Assembly (NCBI RefSeq): GCF_026210795.1
Contig: NC_089431.1
Location: forward strand, 5,704,001 to 5,768,000
Source of the DNA: Rhizophagus irregularis
Lineage: Eukaryota
Reading direction: 5' to 3'
Length of the DNA stretch: 64,000 nucleotides
Shown here: in pieces, positions 13,371 through 26,740 of the stretch
How the letters are laid out: every line of letters begins with the position of its first letter
Position numbering within the stretch: position 1 is the stretch's first letter
The notes under the pieces: generated by a model
The model's input: only the letters and a program-made list of their open reading frames with translations
Told to the model about the DNA's origin: nothing
Database searches by the model: none
Position numbers and translations under genes: made by a program

Positions 13371-14540
13371 TAATATTAATCAAAAAATAAAAGACTAAAT
13401 GAAAAGCATTGATTAAACATCTAAATTATATATACTCAAATAATTCACCAGGACCGACTGCATACGCGAACTTAACTTCAGGAATAAACTGCAAAATAAG
13501 ATCTCAGTTATGCCATATCAACAATCGACTTTCCTATAATCATCTCTTCCGTAAGATGCACTAACATTATAAAATCGCGTGATAACTCGCGTAATGATCA
13601 TCAATTTTCAAAAAGGCGTTTAATGAACAAAAAAAAAGCTAATAAAATTAATTTGGTGCTTAATAACGATTCACTATTCAGAAAACTTATATTAACCGAT
13701 GCAGAAATTAAAAAAAAATAATGCAAAGTGCTGATAGTACAATAATAAACAAACCATACTAAAAGTTATACTATGTCATGCACGTTTATCAAAAGATTTG
13801 AGTCAGTACTTTCGGATCACCCACATTGAAATTCATTTTTGCGCATTTTGAACTAGATGATCAAGCTAATATTGTAATATGTAAATAACGTGACCCTGAT
13901 GATTAATGCAGATCATGTGTAATTTGAGCAACTGCCAACGATCAATGACATGTGAATATGTATTGTAAATAGTTGAAATTCAATTGAAATTATAAAATTT
14001 CTTAAAATTTCTAAATTTCTTATAATCACAGAAAATTTTCTTTTTTTAATGGATTGATTTATTTTTTTTTTTGAATAATTTACCCTTGTTAGTTAGTTTT
14101 ATACAAAATAGGTATTGAAAACATCTTAAAAAAAAACTGGATCGAAATTGTGTGATAAACAAATAAGTACTTTATATTACGTCCATTCCGGATTTGGAAT
14201 AATTTTGAAACAGTGACTCCTATTCAACTCCGGAAGTGTTACATCTCCAAGTTAGATGGTATTGTCGTTTACATAGTTGATAAATAATAAAACTATTACT
14301 GGTGGTCAGTTACTATAAGCATTTATTCACTTATTCGCTTAGTAATAGATCAACAATATGCATAAGGAAGAACTTTCGGTAATTATGAATTAGGGGCATT
14401 GTGGCATTGTTTGGTCTAAACAAGAAAATAAATTAAAAAATCCAAAGAGTTTTATGAAATAAATGTGTGTCCTTTTTAATTTTTTTTTTTTAATTCCACA
14501 GTCCACGTTCACTTATTAAAAGTTTTTAGTAATTAAAATA

Positions 14541-16220
14541 ATGTCTTATACCACTTTTTATTTATGTTTGACCTTTGCATTGGGATACATATTCTTTGGA
14601 GTTGAGTCATATGTTCCTGTAGGACGTGTAGGTCAATCTTCTATACTTATTGGAAATAAGATATATTATTTTGGTGGAATAACAGACGTAGGAGTATCAA
14701 ATGATGCATTTTATCTTGATTTATCTCAATCATTTAATATAGTAAATCCACCATGGACTCAAATGCCTAATATTCCGTTTGGAAGTTCATGGGCATCTGT
14801 TGCATTAGATAATTCTAATAATGCAGATATATATCTCTTTGGAGGAATGATGTTTGATGTAACTACACAAAAAGATTCATTTAAATCATTTGTATATAAA
14901 TTTAATGTTAATTCCTTATCATGGAATATTCCTAATGTTGGTGGTACTGCTCCCTCAAGACGAATAGAAATGAAAGCTGTTAGTGATAATTCAGGAAAAA
15001 TTTATATTTTTGGTGGAGCTTCTAATTCTTTAGTAGGTGCACCAACCAGAACGTTTCCTAACGACATGATAACTTTTAATATTGCTGGTCCGTTATGGTC
15101 AATTAATACTGCGGTTAATGGACTTGCTACATATTCAGCGACATTATTATCAAATGGTATTATTGTGTATGTAGGAGGACTTAGCCCTTTTAATGGAAAT
15201 AACAATGTAATCCGAATGGCAGATATTTCACAAATTCTTCTTTTTGATACAAATTCTTTAACATGGTCAATGAACGTATGTATTGATATTAATTAATTAC
15301 TATCATCATCATCATTATTATTATTTTCTTTTTAATTAAAGGTTTAAATTCTTCAAATTTTTATAGTCAGCAAGAATTACAGCAACAATACCAGTCGAAA
15401 GTCGTCAGAGGCATTCAGCGGTATTAGGTAAAAAGAAAACAAAAAAAAATAATTATTATTATTTTATAATAACATTTTGAAAAAATTTCTTTTTAAAACA
15501 TACAATATTTTTTTTTTTAAAAAAAAAAAAATTAAAAGCTCCAGACGATCAAATTATTATTTATGGAGGTACTCGTACCACCGACGGGGTTGACTTTAAT
15601 CAAGTATCTCCAGATGTGTTAGTTATAGATACAAAAAAAGATCCATTTGAAATAACAGCACCAGAAGTATCTACAAATATTGGTAAATTTCCGACACTTA
15701 CGACTCATTCAGCGGATCTTTATGGAAATTATATGATTGTGGCATTTGGTAAATAATTTATATTATGGAAATTTTTCTTTACATGTATAATATGTAATAT
15801 TTCACATTAATTCATTAATTAATTTATTTTTTTTTAATTAAAGGGAATATTACCCGACAAAATGCCGAACCATTAGGTAGAAGTGAAAAAATTTATGTGA
15901 TGGATATAAGAAATTTCACATGGATCAATTCACTTGAACTTACTAATCAAGCGAATAATAATAAAACCACTTCATCTTCTGGTTCACAATCTTCGAATAA
16001 TGATAAAACAACAATTATCCTTGCATCAGTCCTTGGAGTTTTAGGAGGTGCATTAATTATAACCGCCGGATTCTTTGCTTATAGATTTATCAGTAAAAGG
16101 AAAACAGAAAAAGAAGTTCCTGGCTTTTTTGGTTCAAATTTTGATAGATATGATGATGACGCTGGTGTTCCCGGTACACCCGTTGAGAGTAGATATAATG
16201 AATTTGAAAGATTTAAATGA
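14541..16220 (+). CDS. Kelch-repeat type I membrane protein, paralog 4 (intact)
   Basis: Exons 14541-15275, 15367-15427, 15539-15748 and 15844-16220 join in frame: signal peptide, kelch blades, TM, tail PGFFGSNFDRYDDDAGVPGTP...ERFK. Confidence 0.9.
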
Positions 16221-16488
16221 AATAGCTAATTCTTTAAACCGATTTGATATCGGTCTTTTGTTAGACATTTTTATAATTTTATGTATTTTATAGTATATTT
16301 TCTTTACATACAGTATATACTCTAATTTTATAACAGGCATTTCCGATTATAGACAAAAAAAATCAATGACATTAAAAAAAATTCATGAATTAAAAATTCT
16401 CATTTAATTATTTAAAACAGAATGAACATAAACGATTCATAAATGAATTTTTGTATCAAAAAAAACATTAAATTTGATTGGTCAGAAC

Positions 16489-17045
16489 ACTATCACGTCA
16501 GGAAAAAAGGTTTGGGATAAATTAAGGTTTAAAAATTAAAATTAAAATTCAACCGTACACCGCAAAATTTATTCTAATAGCCCGATATATATATACTATT
16601 GAAAAATAGCTTTGTAAAACAAATAGACTCAAAATCATGATTTATTTTTCTTACATCATAACTATCACGTCAGGAAAAAAGGTTTGGGATAAATTAAGGT
16701 TTAAACAAATCATTTCAATTAAAAATTAAAATTCATCCGTACACCGCAAAGCAAAATTCATTCTAATAACCCGATATATATATACTATTGAAAAATAGCT
16801 TTGTAAAACAAATAGACTCAAAATCATGATTTATTTTTCTTACATCATAACTATCACGTCAGGAAAAAAGGTTTGGGATAAATTAAGGTTTAAACAAATC
16901 ATTTCAATTAAAAATTAAAATTCATCCGTACACCGCAAAGCAAAATTCATTCTAATAGCCCGATATATATATACTATTATACTATTGAAAAATAGCTTTG
17001 TAAACAAATAGACTCAAAATCATGATTTATTATTCTTACATCATA
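16489..17045 (+). repeat. Three tandem copies of a ~172-196-bp unit upstream of the DJ-1/PfpI gene
   Basis: Units start actatcacgtcaggaaaaaaggtttggg at 16489, 16661 and 16850 and are near identical. Confidence 0.95.
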
Positions 17046-17206
17046 ATGAGTAGCATTGTTACAATGGAAAATGATTACCATTTAAGCCATATTAACACAT
17101 GTATTAATTTAATATAAATATAGGAATTATTCATCAATAAATCAATAAACGCCATTTTGATTCTGTTTGATTTTTTTCCTCCTTTCCAAATCCCAAATAT
17201 CAAAAA

Positions 17207-18086
17207 ATGCCAAAAGAATTTTTCACGGTCGGTGCACTTTTATATAAAGATTACGATTTATTAGATGTAAATGGTTCACTTCGTATGTTAGGTTCATTGA
17301 AAGCAAATTTTAATATTATAACTATTACTCAAACTGGAGAACATGTAACATCATTTACTCCTCAAATCGCCAATTACATTAATTATAATTTTGAAAATTG
17401 TCCCGACTTTGATATATTATTCATCCCAGGTGCGTGCTTGATTAATGTTAAACTTTCACTTAAACACTTAACAATCATTAAAACAATTATTTTGGATTAG
17501 GTGGTGTTGGAACCAGAGATGAATTGGAAAATAGTGTTTTTTTGGATTTTATTAAACAACGCGTACCAAAAGTAAAATATGTGTTAACAGTATGTACTGG
17601 TAGTGGGTTACTTGCTAAAACTGGTTTATTGGATGGAAAAAAAGCTACGACTAATAAACTAGTTTGGAATTGGATGACTTCTTTTGGTACGAATCAAACT
17701 AAAATTTTATATTTAGAAACAAGATTAAATTCAAAAAAGTTTGCGTTAATCATATGACTTCGCGTTACAGGACCCAATGTTGAATGGGTAAGAAAGGCTA
17801 GATGGGTTGTAGATGGGAAATTTTATACTTCTTCTGGAGGTAATGTATAATTTATACTATACACGCACATCAAATTTATTTATTAATTTTCTTAATTTTC
17901 TTTCACTTTATTAAAGTTTCTGCCGGTATGGATATGGTACTTGGATTTATTTCTGACATATACGGAAAGGAAGAGGCCGATAAAGTTGCTTTAGAAGCCG
18001 AATATCAATGGCATGATGATCCTCATTGGGATCCATTTGCCGACAAACTCCCTGGAACAGTTGATTTGTCTACTATTCCTTCCTAA
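17207..18086 (+). CDS. DJ-1/PfpI (class I GATase-like, isonitrile hydratase-like) protein
   Basis: Exons 17207-17429, 17501-17686, 17771-17839, 17917-18086. Motifs FDILFIPGGVG, VCTGS (nucleophile elbow), LLDGKKATTN, ARWVVDGKFYTSSGVSAGMD, EYQWHDDPHWDPFA. Confidence 0.9.
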
Positions 18087-18249
18087 GTTTTTAAATTTCT
18101 TGAGAAATTTGACTTTTTTATTTTATTATTTTTCTTTCTGTTTTATGTTTATTGATTCATTTATCAAAAAAAGAATAATAATCAATAAAAATTATATTAT
18201 TTTTTTAAGTAAGAATAAAATTGAAATTATGTTAATTTGAATAAATTTT

Positions 18250-18900
18250 TCATCCTCTTTATCGTATTGGCTAAAGAGGCTTATTCCCGTTCGTGATCGA
18301 TTAGTTTAACTTGTACCCGAACTTTTAGACCCGAGTAACTATCTACTGATCCAGTTAAATCCACATCTTGTTCATCTTGAAAGAAATTAGAAATTTCTGG
18401 ATTGAAGTTTTGATATCTAATTTCATCAAATACAGTATATCCCCAATATTACTACAAGTATATCTAACGAGATACCCTAATTAATTCTTTTGCCTTTGGC
18501 CTTTTGGTTCGTAACCTTAAATAATAAAATAATTCCTCCAATAATTGGCAAAAATTGTTTCAATTTTGATCTAACAATATTATAAATTTCATTCAAGACG
18601 ATTGTTGGTACTTTCCTTGGATAATTAATTCAAAATGTTTAAGACAAACATCAGTTCGATCCTCGTGAACATAATAAAAAGTGGGAAGAATTGATGAAAG
18701 CCAATCATATAGCAACTAATGTAGTATTAGGTAAATGCAATTAATGAAGTAGTTAGCAGCGAGATGTTTTCATTAAATATTGAAATAATTGGATAATCCT
18801 CTATTGATTTTAATATAATTCGTTAATCGTAAAAGTCATCCATAGTTTTGGCTTTTATATGTCCGATTTCCAGGTTTTTGAAACGTACAATATATTAGTA
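18250..18900 (-). pseudogene. Decayed coding remnant of unknown family
   Basis: Protein-like minus-strand stretches (LLYDWLSSILPTFYYVHEDRTDVCLKHFELIIQGKY..; WGYTVFDEIRYQNFNPEISNFFQ) broken by stops. Confidence 0.3.
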
Positions 18901-20419
18901 GATTTTTAATGAGCAGTATCTATTTGTTTCAATTAGTATTCAAATAATTTATTTACTTTACAAATGAACAGAGAGAAAAAGTTGTATGATTTTGAAATTA
19001 ACATAGTAACGTAGTTAATTTTTTAATGCTGGCCGAGTATCTGTAACGCTGAGAAAGTAACCGTAAAATCACGTGACTATTAATTATCGTAAATTCCCTA
19101 GAGCCTTTAGTTTGGCTACAACGTAATATTAGTTTTTTTTTAAAAAAAAAAGCGCCCTGTATTGCGGTAGTTCTGTTCACTACCTACGGTTTTCCTTTGA
19201 TCTTTAATTAAAAATAAAAATAAAAATTTAAAGTTACATAATTTTATTATTATACTTCTAATAACATTATTTTAATCCTTTTACTTTATGAAAAATTAAT
19301 CAGAATTCGATTGTATATTGTGAAATCTATTTCTGGGTCAGCTTTATTAATATAGAAAATAAATTACATTTGGCTATTCATTGGAATCATAGTCTTGTTT
19401 TACAAATTAACAACTTTCTATATTAATGCTTGTGATCACACCCTTGTCTAAACAATAGATTAACACCATGATTTGTCCCAATAATCGATATTCTGGATAG
19501 AATAAAAAATGGTCGTCAGTTATAATGTTATAATTGTAAGAGATCTACAGCGACATAAATAAATGAACAACATTAACCTTATTAAAACGGTTGTGCTGTC
19601 CGTTAATAAAATCCTTGAAATTTTAACAAAATAGTTTGTAAGCTCCGAAGTCGCTTCCTTGCAATGCACGCCCATCACGGCCGAAAAGTATTCATGCACT
19701 TTCAAAACTTCCGAAAATCTTATGTCGCAAAGACCAAAGGAAAGATAATTCCAGGTTAACGGGCAGTAGTTAAAAACCAGTGATCCACAATCCAGTGATC
19801 CACAATCCATTGATCCACCGCAACCAACAACAGCAGCAACAGTAACGACAGCAACGGCAGCAACAACATACTTTAAGTAAATTTTCGATTCGTTTACAAC
19901 TGCTATAGCAGCAACAATAGTATCAACAACATAATATCACCATACTGGCACTGGCACCTAACTTGACTAATGACTACAAATCTGCCTAATAGATAAATTT
20001 TTCACCAGATCAGTGAATATTCAGCAAATATCAAGATGGATAATCATTATACATTGAATCTCTCTCCAGAGATTCAGATTAAACCCAACTGTCACGCGGA
20101 AATACTATTAGGACCTTTGTCAAAAAGTTCTGTGGGATACTCATTGGTAAATTGCCTATTACAAGGAGGACAATGTGAAGTATAACATTGGTAATTAATA
20201 CAAAGATATTGTCTTCACGAGGATCAAATATTTTAATGGATTTGAATTGAAGCTTCTTGAAAAATAAATTGCTGCTTTACGACGCAATCCAGGATGTATA
20301 TGATCTAACAATTGCAAATACTGCGCCATGTAACACATTAAAATTTTTTAAATTATAAATAATAAGAAATTCCACGTTTAAGAAGACAGGATTCTCTGTA
20401 TTAGTGTCAATAGATCCAT

Positions 20420-21135
20420 CGTCCTATCCTGGAACTTGCACAATAAAGGGCAAAGGAAATATGTATAACCAAAACCAACTTCAATCATCATTGATGATAC
20501 ACTTTCTAAACTTGTCCATAGTCATCATTGGAGGTAATGGACAAAATTTGTATAAATCTAATAGCGCTTTCTTGGCAGCTAGACAAATTGGATTATACTC
20601 TTCCACATTTGATTGATCCGATACACAATTCCAAAATCCAAGAACTGGTCAGACTCAAGAGTCGGCTTACAGTCATATTTGAGACATTAATATACGTTTT
20701 TTTTATTTTGCAGTTTATGGTATACTTATTGCTATATTATTGCTATATTACTCCTGCTACATTATTAATTCCACATTATCATGGTGGTGAAAAGTACGAA
20801 AAGTACTTCGTATGACTCGATTACTTTCATAATGTTAATATATATATTTTATTATTCAACATACAATATATATTATAACAGGTGGAAAATACTGGTTCTA
20901 CATTGTTTCCTGGTGGGTGTGAAGAGATGATTATTCCTTATATCACGCGTAATTCGGCGCCATATCGTTTTCTGGTCTTGTAATCGTGTTGTCGCAAATA
21001 AGGGCTGATAGGCCCTACGACTCTGAATTAAAGTTAAAGCTGCGCTGGTTCTTTAAAAGTGATTCTGCTTGATCCAATATAACTTGAGAGCAAAGCGAAG
21101 TTAGCGAACAGCGCTCCTGGAGGAGTTGTAACTTT
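20420..21135 (-). pseudogene. Crinkler-like family relic (paralog of 36285-38340)
   Basis: DQFLDFGIVY..YNPICLAAKKALLDLYKFCPLP aligns with KFLDTGLVY..YKPLYPTALDALLNIYQTFP at ~37300-37415; many frameshifts and deletions. Confidence 0.45.
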
Positions 21136-21433
21136 TTTTTCAGACTGTGAACAATGGAATGTAACTTGGAAAATAGCCTGGAAAGCAGACTGGGGAAGTC
21201 TGGGAGTAGACTGTGAAGATTGGGGACTGTGAAGATTGGGAAGTAGACTGGGAATAAAACGAAAGATGAGAATTCTAATATTTAACGCAATGTGTAAAAA
21301 TTTTCCTTTGTCCAGGTTAAGGTTATAGCAATATGAATTTGGAAATCTTAGATTTTTATTTTAGTGATTAAATCAGTTTCTATGACGATTAGTCACATGT
21401 GAAAACGGAACTTGTACGACAAACCTTTAATCC

Positions 21434-21552
21434 CCCCTATATGTCAAGACTCCTATATGTCATAATTGTCATATGTCAATGTCAATACTCCTATATGTCA
21501 AAGGCCCTTATATGTCAAGACCCCAATATAAGACACCTCCCTATATGTCATT
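21434..21552 (+). repeat. Cluster of (c)tatatgtca motifs
   Basis: About 6 copies of atatgtca with variable spacers, resembling MITE subterminal repeats. Confidence 0.7.
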
Positions 21553-21697
21553 ATTCATTGTTATCTCAATTCTCGAAATCTAATCTCGGGATACAATACG
21601 ATGTGATTTAACATTATTAACATTTCTAAGATTACTCTTACGCACGTAATTATGAATATTTTGATAAATGAGGGATTTATTTAACAACTCTTTTTCG

Positions 21698-21925
21698 TGA
21701 TGGTTATAATGATGGTAGTTATATGATGGTTATAGTGATGGTTATAGTGATGGTAGTTATATGATGGATATACTGTATGTTATTATAGTGATGTGATGGA
21801 TATGTTATATGATGGTTATATTGATTGATGGATATATGTTATATGGTTATAGTGATGATTATATTACTTTTATATGATGGTTATAGTGATGGTTATATAT
21901 GTTATATGATCGTTATAGTGATTAT
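21698..21925 (+). repeat. Degenerate 12-bp minisatellite (gatggttatagt)n
   Basis: Repeated gatggttata(gt) units downstream of the thiolase gene. Confidence 0.85.
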
Positions 21926-22033
21926 GATATTGTAAGTTGTAACATCCAAAAAAATTATCAATGTCAAAAATACTACTATATATATTTTTTTCACATCTTT
22001 TTCTTAAATTATAATAAAATTATTACAAATTAA

Positions 22034-22073
<40 letters not shown>

Positions 22074-22081
22074 TATTATTT

Positions 22082-24203
22082 TTACAATTTAGCTGTAGCA
22101 ATTAAATATTCACTAACTTGTTTTGAACAAACATTTCTAAAATCTTTTTCAGTTATACCTTTTGATTCAATAGCAGGATTATAATTAAATCTTTGTTTCC
22201 AACCTTCTTTATCATCATTTTTATTTGATAATTCGGCTTGTTTATAAATAGTTACAACAACAGCACCACCAAGTCCAATATTATGTTGTAATGCATATTT
22301 AATATTTGGTACTTGTCTATTTGTACACCATCCTCTTAATTGCCAGACCTAAAGGAAAAAAAAAAGGGTTCAAAATTAAAAATCAAATCTCAATAGTTGG
22401 AAGAATTATATTACGTTCAGCATACCAATTCAGAACATTGAGCTAATCCAGTTGCACCAAGAGGATGACCTTTAGAAATCAAACCACCTGAAGGATTTAT
22501 CACATATTTACCACCATATGTAACATCATTTGAATCGATCAATTTGTGAGCTTGTCCAGGTTTACAAAGTCCAAGAGCATCATAAGTAATTAACTAAATA
22601 TTATTTGGAAAATATTTTGTTCATAAAATTACGTTTATAAATAAAATTCAATAAATTCAATAATAATTATACATACCTCATTAGCGCTAAAACAATCATG
22701 TAATTCAATAACTTGAATATCATTAGGAGTAATACCAGCTTTTTTATAAACTTGTTTAGCAGCTTTTCTAGTCATATCAGCACCAGCTAATTCAATAGAA
22801 CTTTTCTTTTCTAATAAATTAGGAGAATCAGTAGCTAATTCTTGAGCAACAATTTCAATTGCTTGATTTTGTAAATTATTTTCTAAAACAAATTTTTCTG
22901 ATGCTACTATAACAGCAGCTGATCCATCCGAAGTTGGACAACATTGAAGTTTTGTAAGTGGACCAAAAATTTGTGGTGAAGATTTTACTTGATCTAATGT
23001 ATAAACATCTTTTAATTGTGCATAAGGATTCTTTGCACTAAAAAAAAAAAATATTATATTTAGTAAATTTGATTACTTTTACAATTATTTTTAAAATTAC
23101 TTTTACAATTACTTTTTACTTTTTACAAATTACTTTTACAATTACTTTTACAATTACTTTTTACTTTTACAAAAAAGAATGAATGAACTTCCTTAAAAAC
23201 TTACCTATGACGATGATTTTTTTCACCAATTTTTGCCATATGTTCAGCAGTGGCACCATATTTTTCACAATATTCTATTCCAGCATTACCAAATATCTGA
23301 GCTGTAAAAGGTGAATTTGTAATTCCACGAGTTTCCGATAATAATGATACAGTAGTATCTAACAATTTAAAATAAATGAATTTAATTAATTTCAAGTTAA
23401 TAACAAGAAAAAAATAGTTGTAAAAAACAAGTAAAGATAATTACCCAGTGGACTAGTACGATCATTAAAGCTAGATGAGATAGATCCTATTGATTGATTT
23501 GATTGATTCGATTAAAGATATACGATTTAATTAACAAATAAACGATTTTATTATAATATTTTTATTATAATATTTTTTATTATAATATTTTTTATTTACC
23601 TTTTGCCATCTTCTCAAAACCTAATGCAAGAGCACAATCAACAATTCCGAATTCAACTGCTTGACGAGCCAAATACAGTGCAGTTGATCCAGTTGAACAA
23701 TTATTATTCACATTTCTTTTTTTTTAAAAAAAAAAATTAAATCATTTAAATAAAATTTATTTTTTAAAAAGATTAATTTATTTATTACATTATTTTAAAA
23801 TAAAATTATTTAAAAAATCAATTCTTCTTACATGACAGGAATTTGAGTCATACCAAGTTGATAAACAGCACGTTGACCACAAGTACTATCACCAAAACAA
23901 TATCCTACATATGCTTGTTGAATTACATCGTAAGTTTTACCAATATCCATCAATGCTTTGACCATAGCCTCACGGGCCATGACTATAAGTTAATATTAAT
24001 GGTATTAATTGGCGATGTTTTTATGAGATATCCAAATATTAGTAGCTAATTGTTACCGCAGTACCGAACTATAATCCATGGGATATCTCCCGATGTAATA
24101 ATAACTATAATAACTTACCGGGATAATCAACTTGACCACGTGGTTTAATGAAATTGGTCATTCCAACTCCAATCACATATGATTTTCTTTGAGAAGTTGC
24201 CAT
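22082..24203 (-). CDS. SCP-x-type (sterol carrier protein X) thiolase, peroxisomal
   Basis: Starts [23 protein letters not shown]; has [18 protein letters not shown] (catalytic Cys), [45 protein letters not shown]; ends in PTS1 AKL*. Several GT-AG introns. Confidence 0.93.
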
Positions 24204-25373
24204 TATTAAAATCGTATTAATTATTATTTTATTTTTAAAGAGGGAGAGAAAGTCGAAAGAAAGAAAAAAAGAAAAAAAGAAAAAAAAAAGTTTTTAAACT
24301 CAAATTTAAAAAATCGAAGATTATTACCTAGAAAATCGGGGAATGTAACGCAATTTAAACGGGGTGCAGTTTCCAAAGACGTTCATTCAATTGTTCATCT
24401 ACTGTTTCAGTGTTTCATCATCCGTTATCCTCCGTTTCTCATCATCATCAACTTTCCGTTCATCTCTAAATTAGTCAATATAAAAAATTTACAAAAAGAA
24501 GTTTAGTTTGAACGGAAAAATCTTTATTAATAATATTATAAATTAGGTAGATTTTTACCGAAATCTTTTTTTAATTCAAATTCGGGGATCATAACCATGG
24601 AAAACCGTGTAACAATTGTAACATTTTTTTTATACAATAATAATCAATGAAATCAAATTTAGTAAGGTTAATATTGTTTTAAATATTGTAAACATGGGAG
24701 TATTTGGTGTTCAAATTTTAATGCATTGAATAATATAGATTTCGCCATATTTCCTAATTTCTTTATTTCATTTAAAAATAAAATATTACGTGGGTTATTA
24801 TATAATACAATATAAGTATATATTAATATAACTTTTTTTAAAAAGTCATCTGATCCATGTATTGTTTAAATATTAACACAATATTTAAAACAATATAACT
24901 CAAAAATAAAATTTTAATATATCTTTATTTAGTTGTTAGTATAGAATAGTTAGTTTAAAATAGTTAGTTCAAATTATATACAAAATTAATAAAAAAAAAA
25001 AAAAGTTGCCAAGATAACTCAAATTGGTTAATTCAGTGAAACAAAGAATATTTTTAGTCTAAAAAAAAAGAATGTTTGTAATACAAAAATTATGTTAAAG
25101 GGTTAAATGAGTTCTATTTCGAATTGATATTATTAATTGTTTTTCTTGAAACCGATGAACAATTGACATTTAAAAGTAGGAAGAAAAAGCGCGTAACGTA
25201 AAATGGAACGATAATAATGATTGAATTACGCGAATAAAAAATATATGTACATTATTATTATATTTTTTTTTTGAATTTTTTTGAATTTTTTTACATTTAA
25301 TATATCCTACAAATTTTTTTTTTTAGGTAAAATAAAATTACAATAAATAAAATAAATAAAAATTAATAATTAA

Positions 25374-26740
25374 TTACGGATTATTTTGTAAATTATTTAA
25401 AGGTTCATTTGAATAAGTAGGACTTGGAGGGGTTATTACAGAACTTGAATCAGCTTCGGATTTTACAGGAGGTTCTAAATAACTTATTCTTACTTGTTGT
25501 GTTGTTGTAATTGAAATAAATGAAGACATAGGATCAACGTCATTTACAGAACCTCCAGTAATTATCGTTGAAAAGAATTCACCAGATTTTTGTAAAGAAT
25601 TATTATGAATATTTGTCATATTTGTCATAGTTGCAGAATCAGAAAATGTTGACGGAAAGGAAGAAGAAGTAAATCTACGAATCTTTTCAAGTACAGGTTT
25701 TACGGATACGATATTACGCGTTATTCCATAAATTATTGTATTTACAAAACCTGCGCTCGTAAATACACAAGCGGCCGGAATCAAACTTTATTGAAAGAAA
25801 CAAAATAAATTAAATTAAATTAATAAAATTAAATTAAATAAAATCAAAATAAAATCAAAATAAAATCAAATATACTTACTAATTGATTCCCCATACATTT
25901 GGATTTTCGGTGGCAATAGCAACAATACGTTCTAATAATCAGAATTAATACAAAGTTATATATAAGTTATATAAGTTATATATATGCAATACTCAAAGTT
26001 ATATATGTGCAATACTTACGAAGAGCCAATGGAAATACTAATATAATATATACTATAGGATACCATACTAATTTTTTATTAACACTTTGTAAAACTCTTT
26101 TGGAACCTTGAGTTGCCATTGAACCTTGACGTCTGTAAATTACGGTAAACATCACGGCATATAAAATTATCATAGCGGCAGCATTAAATAATATAATTCC
26201 ATAATGAAAACCAATTCTATAATTTGGATAATAAGGAGAAATCCAACACCAACTTCCACCAGCATTACTATAAAAACTTTCATCATATGCTTGTTGAATA
26301 ACATAACCTAAAGCAGATATAACAATATTAAATGGCCATATTATTATCATGGCCAAAAATACCAAATGAGAATATTCATAAGAATGGACGACTAACATAT
26401 AAGTATGTAAACATATTACAAGAGCCCAAAACCCAGAAGCAACATCTCCTAAATTGATAAGAAAACCTTGTATATCACAATAAGTTCCTTCATTTATAGC
26501 ATTTATACGTAACCAATTATAACTCATCATAAATCCTATAGATTGTATAAAATCTGATAAAATTAAATTTAATACTAGTCTAGTAACTACTGTATGTCTA
26601 GAATGTTTTTGCGTTATTATCCACCATATCATTACAAAAACTGCTACATTACTAATCGTACTCGTTGATAATATTGCTATGACTCCATTTATATGAATCT
26701 GGACTTTATTTAGTTTTGGGTTATCTATTAGTTGTTCCAT
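25374..26740 (-). CDS. 7-TM G-protein-coupled receptor, Git3/Gpr1 or cAMP-receptor-like
   Basis: Exons ~26740-26020, 25931-25880, 25785-25374. Seven hydrophobic segments; LNLILSDFIQS, CDIQGFLINLGDVAS, WCWIS, WYPIVY, GFVNTIIYG; Ser/Thr-rich tail. Confidence 0.88.

Noticed and set aside
19200..20400. Gene around the Ala/Val-rich (gcaaca)n stretch
   Set aside because: Possibly a pseudogene fragment, but I found no consistent frame or recognisable family.
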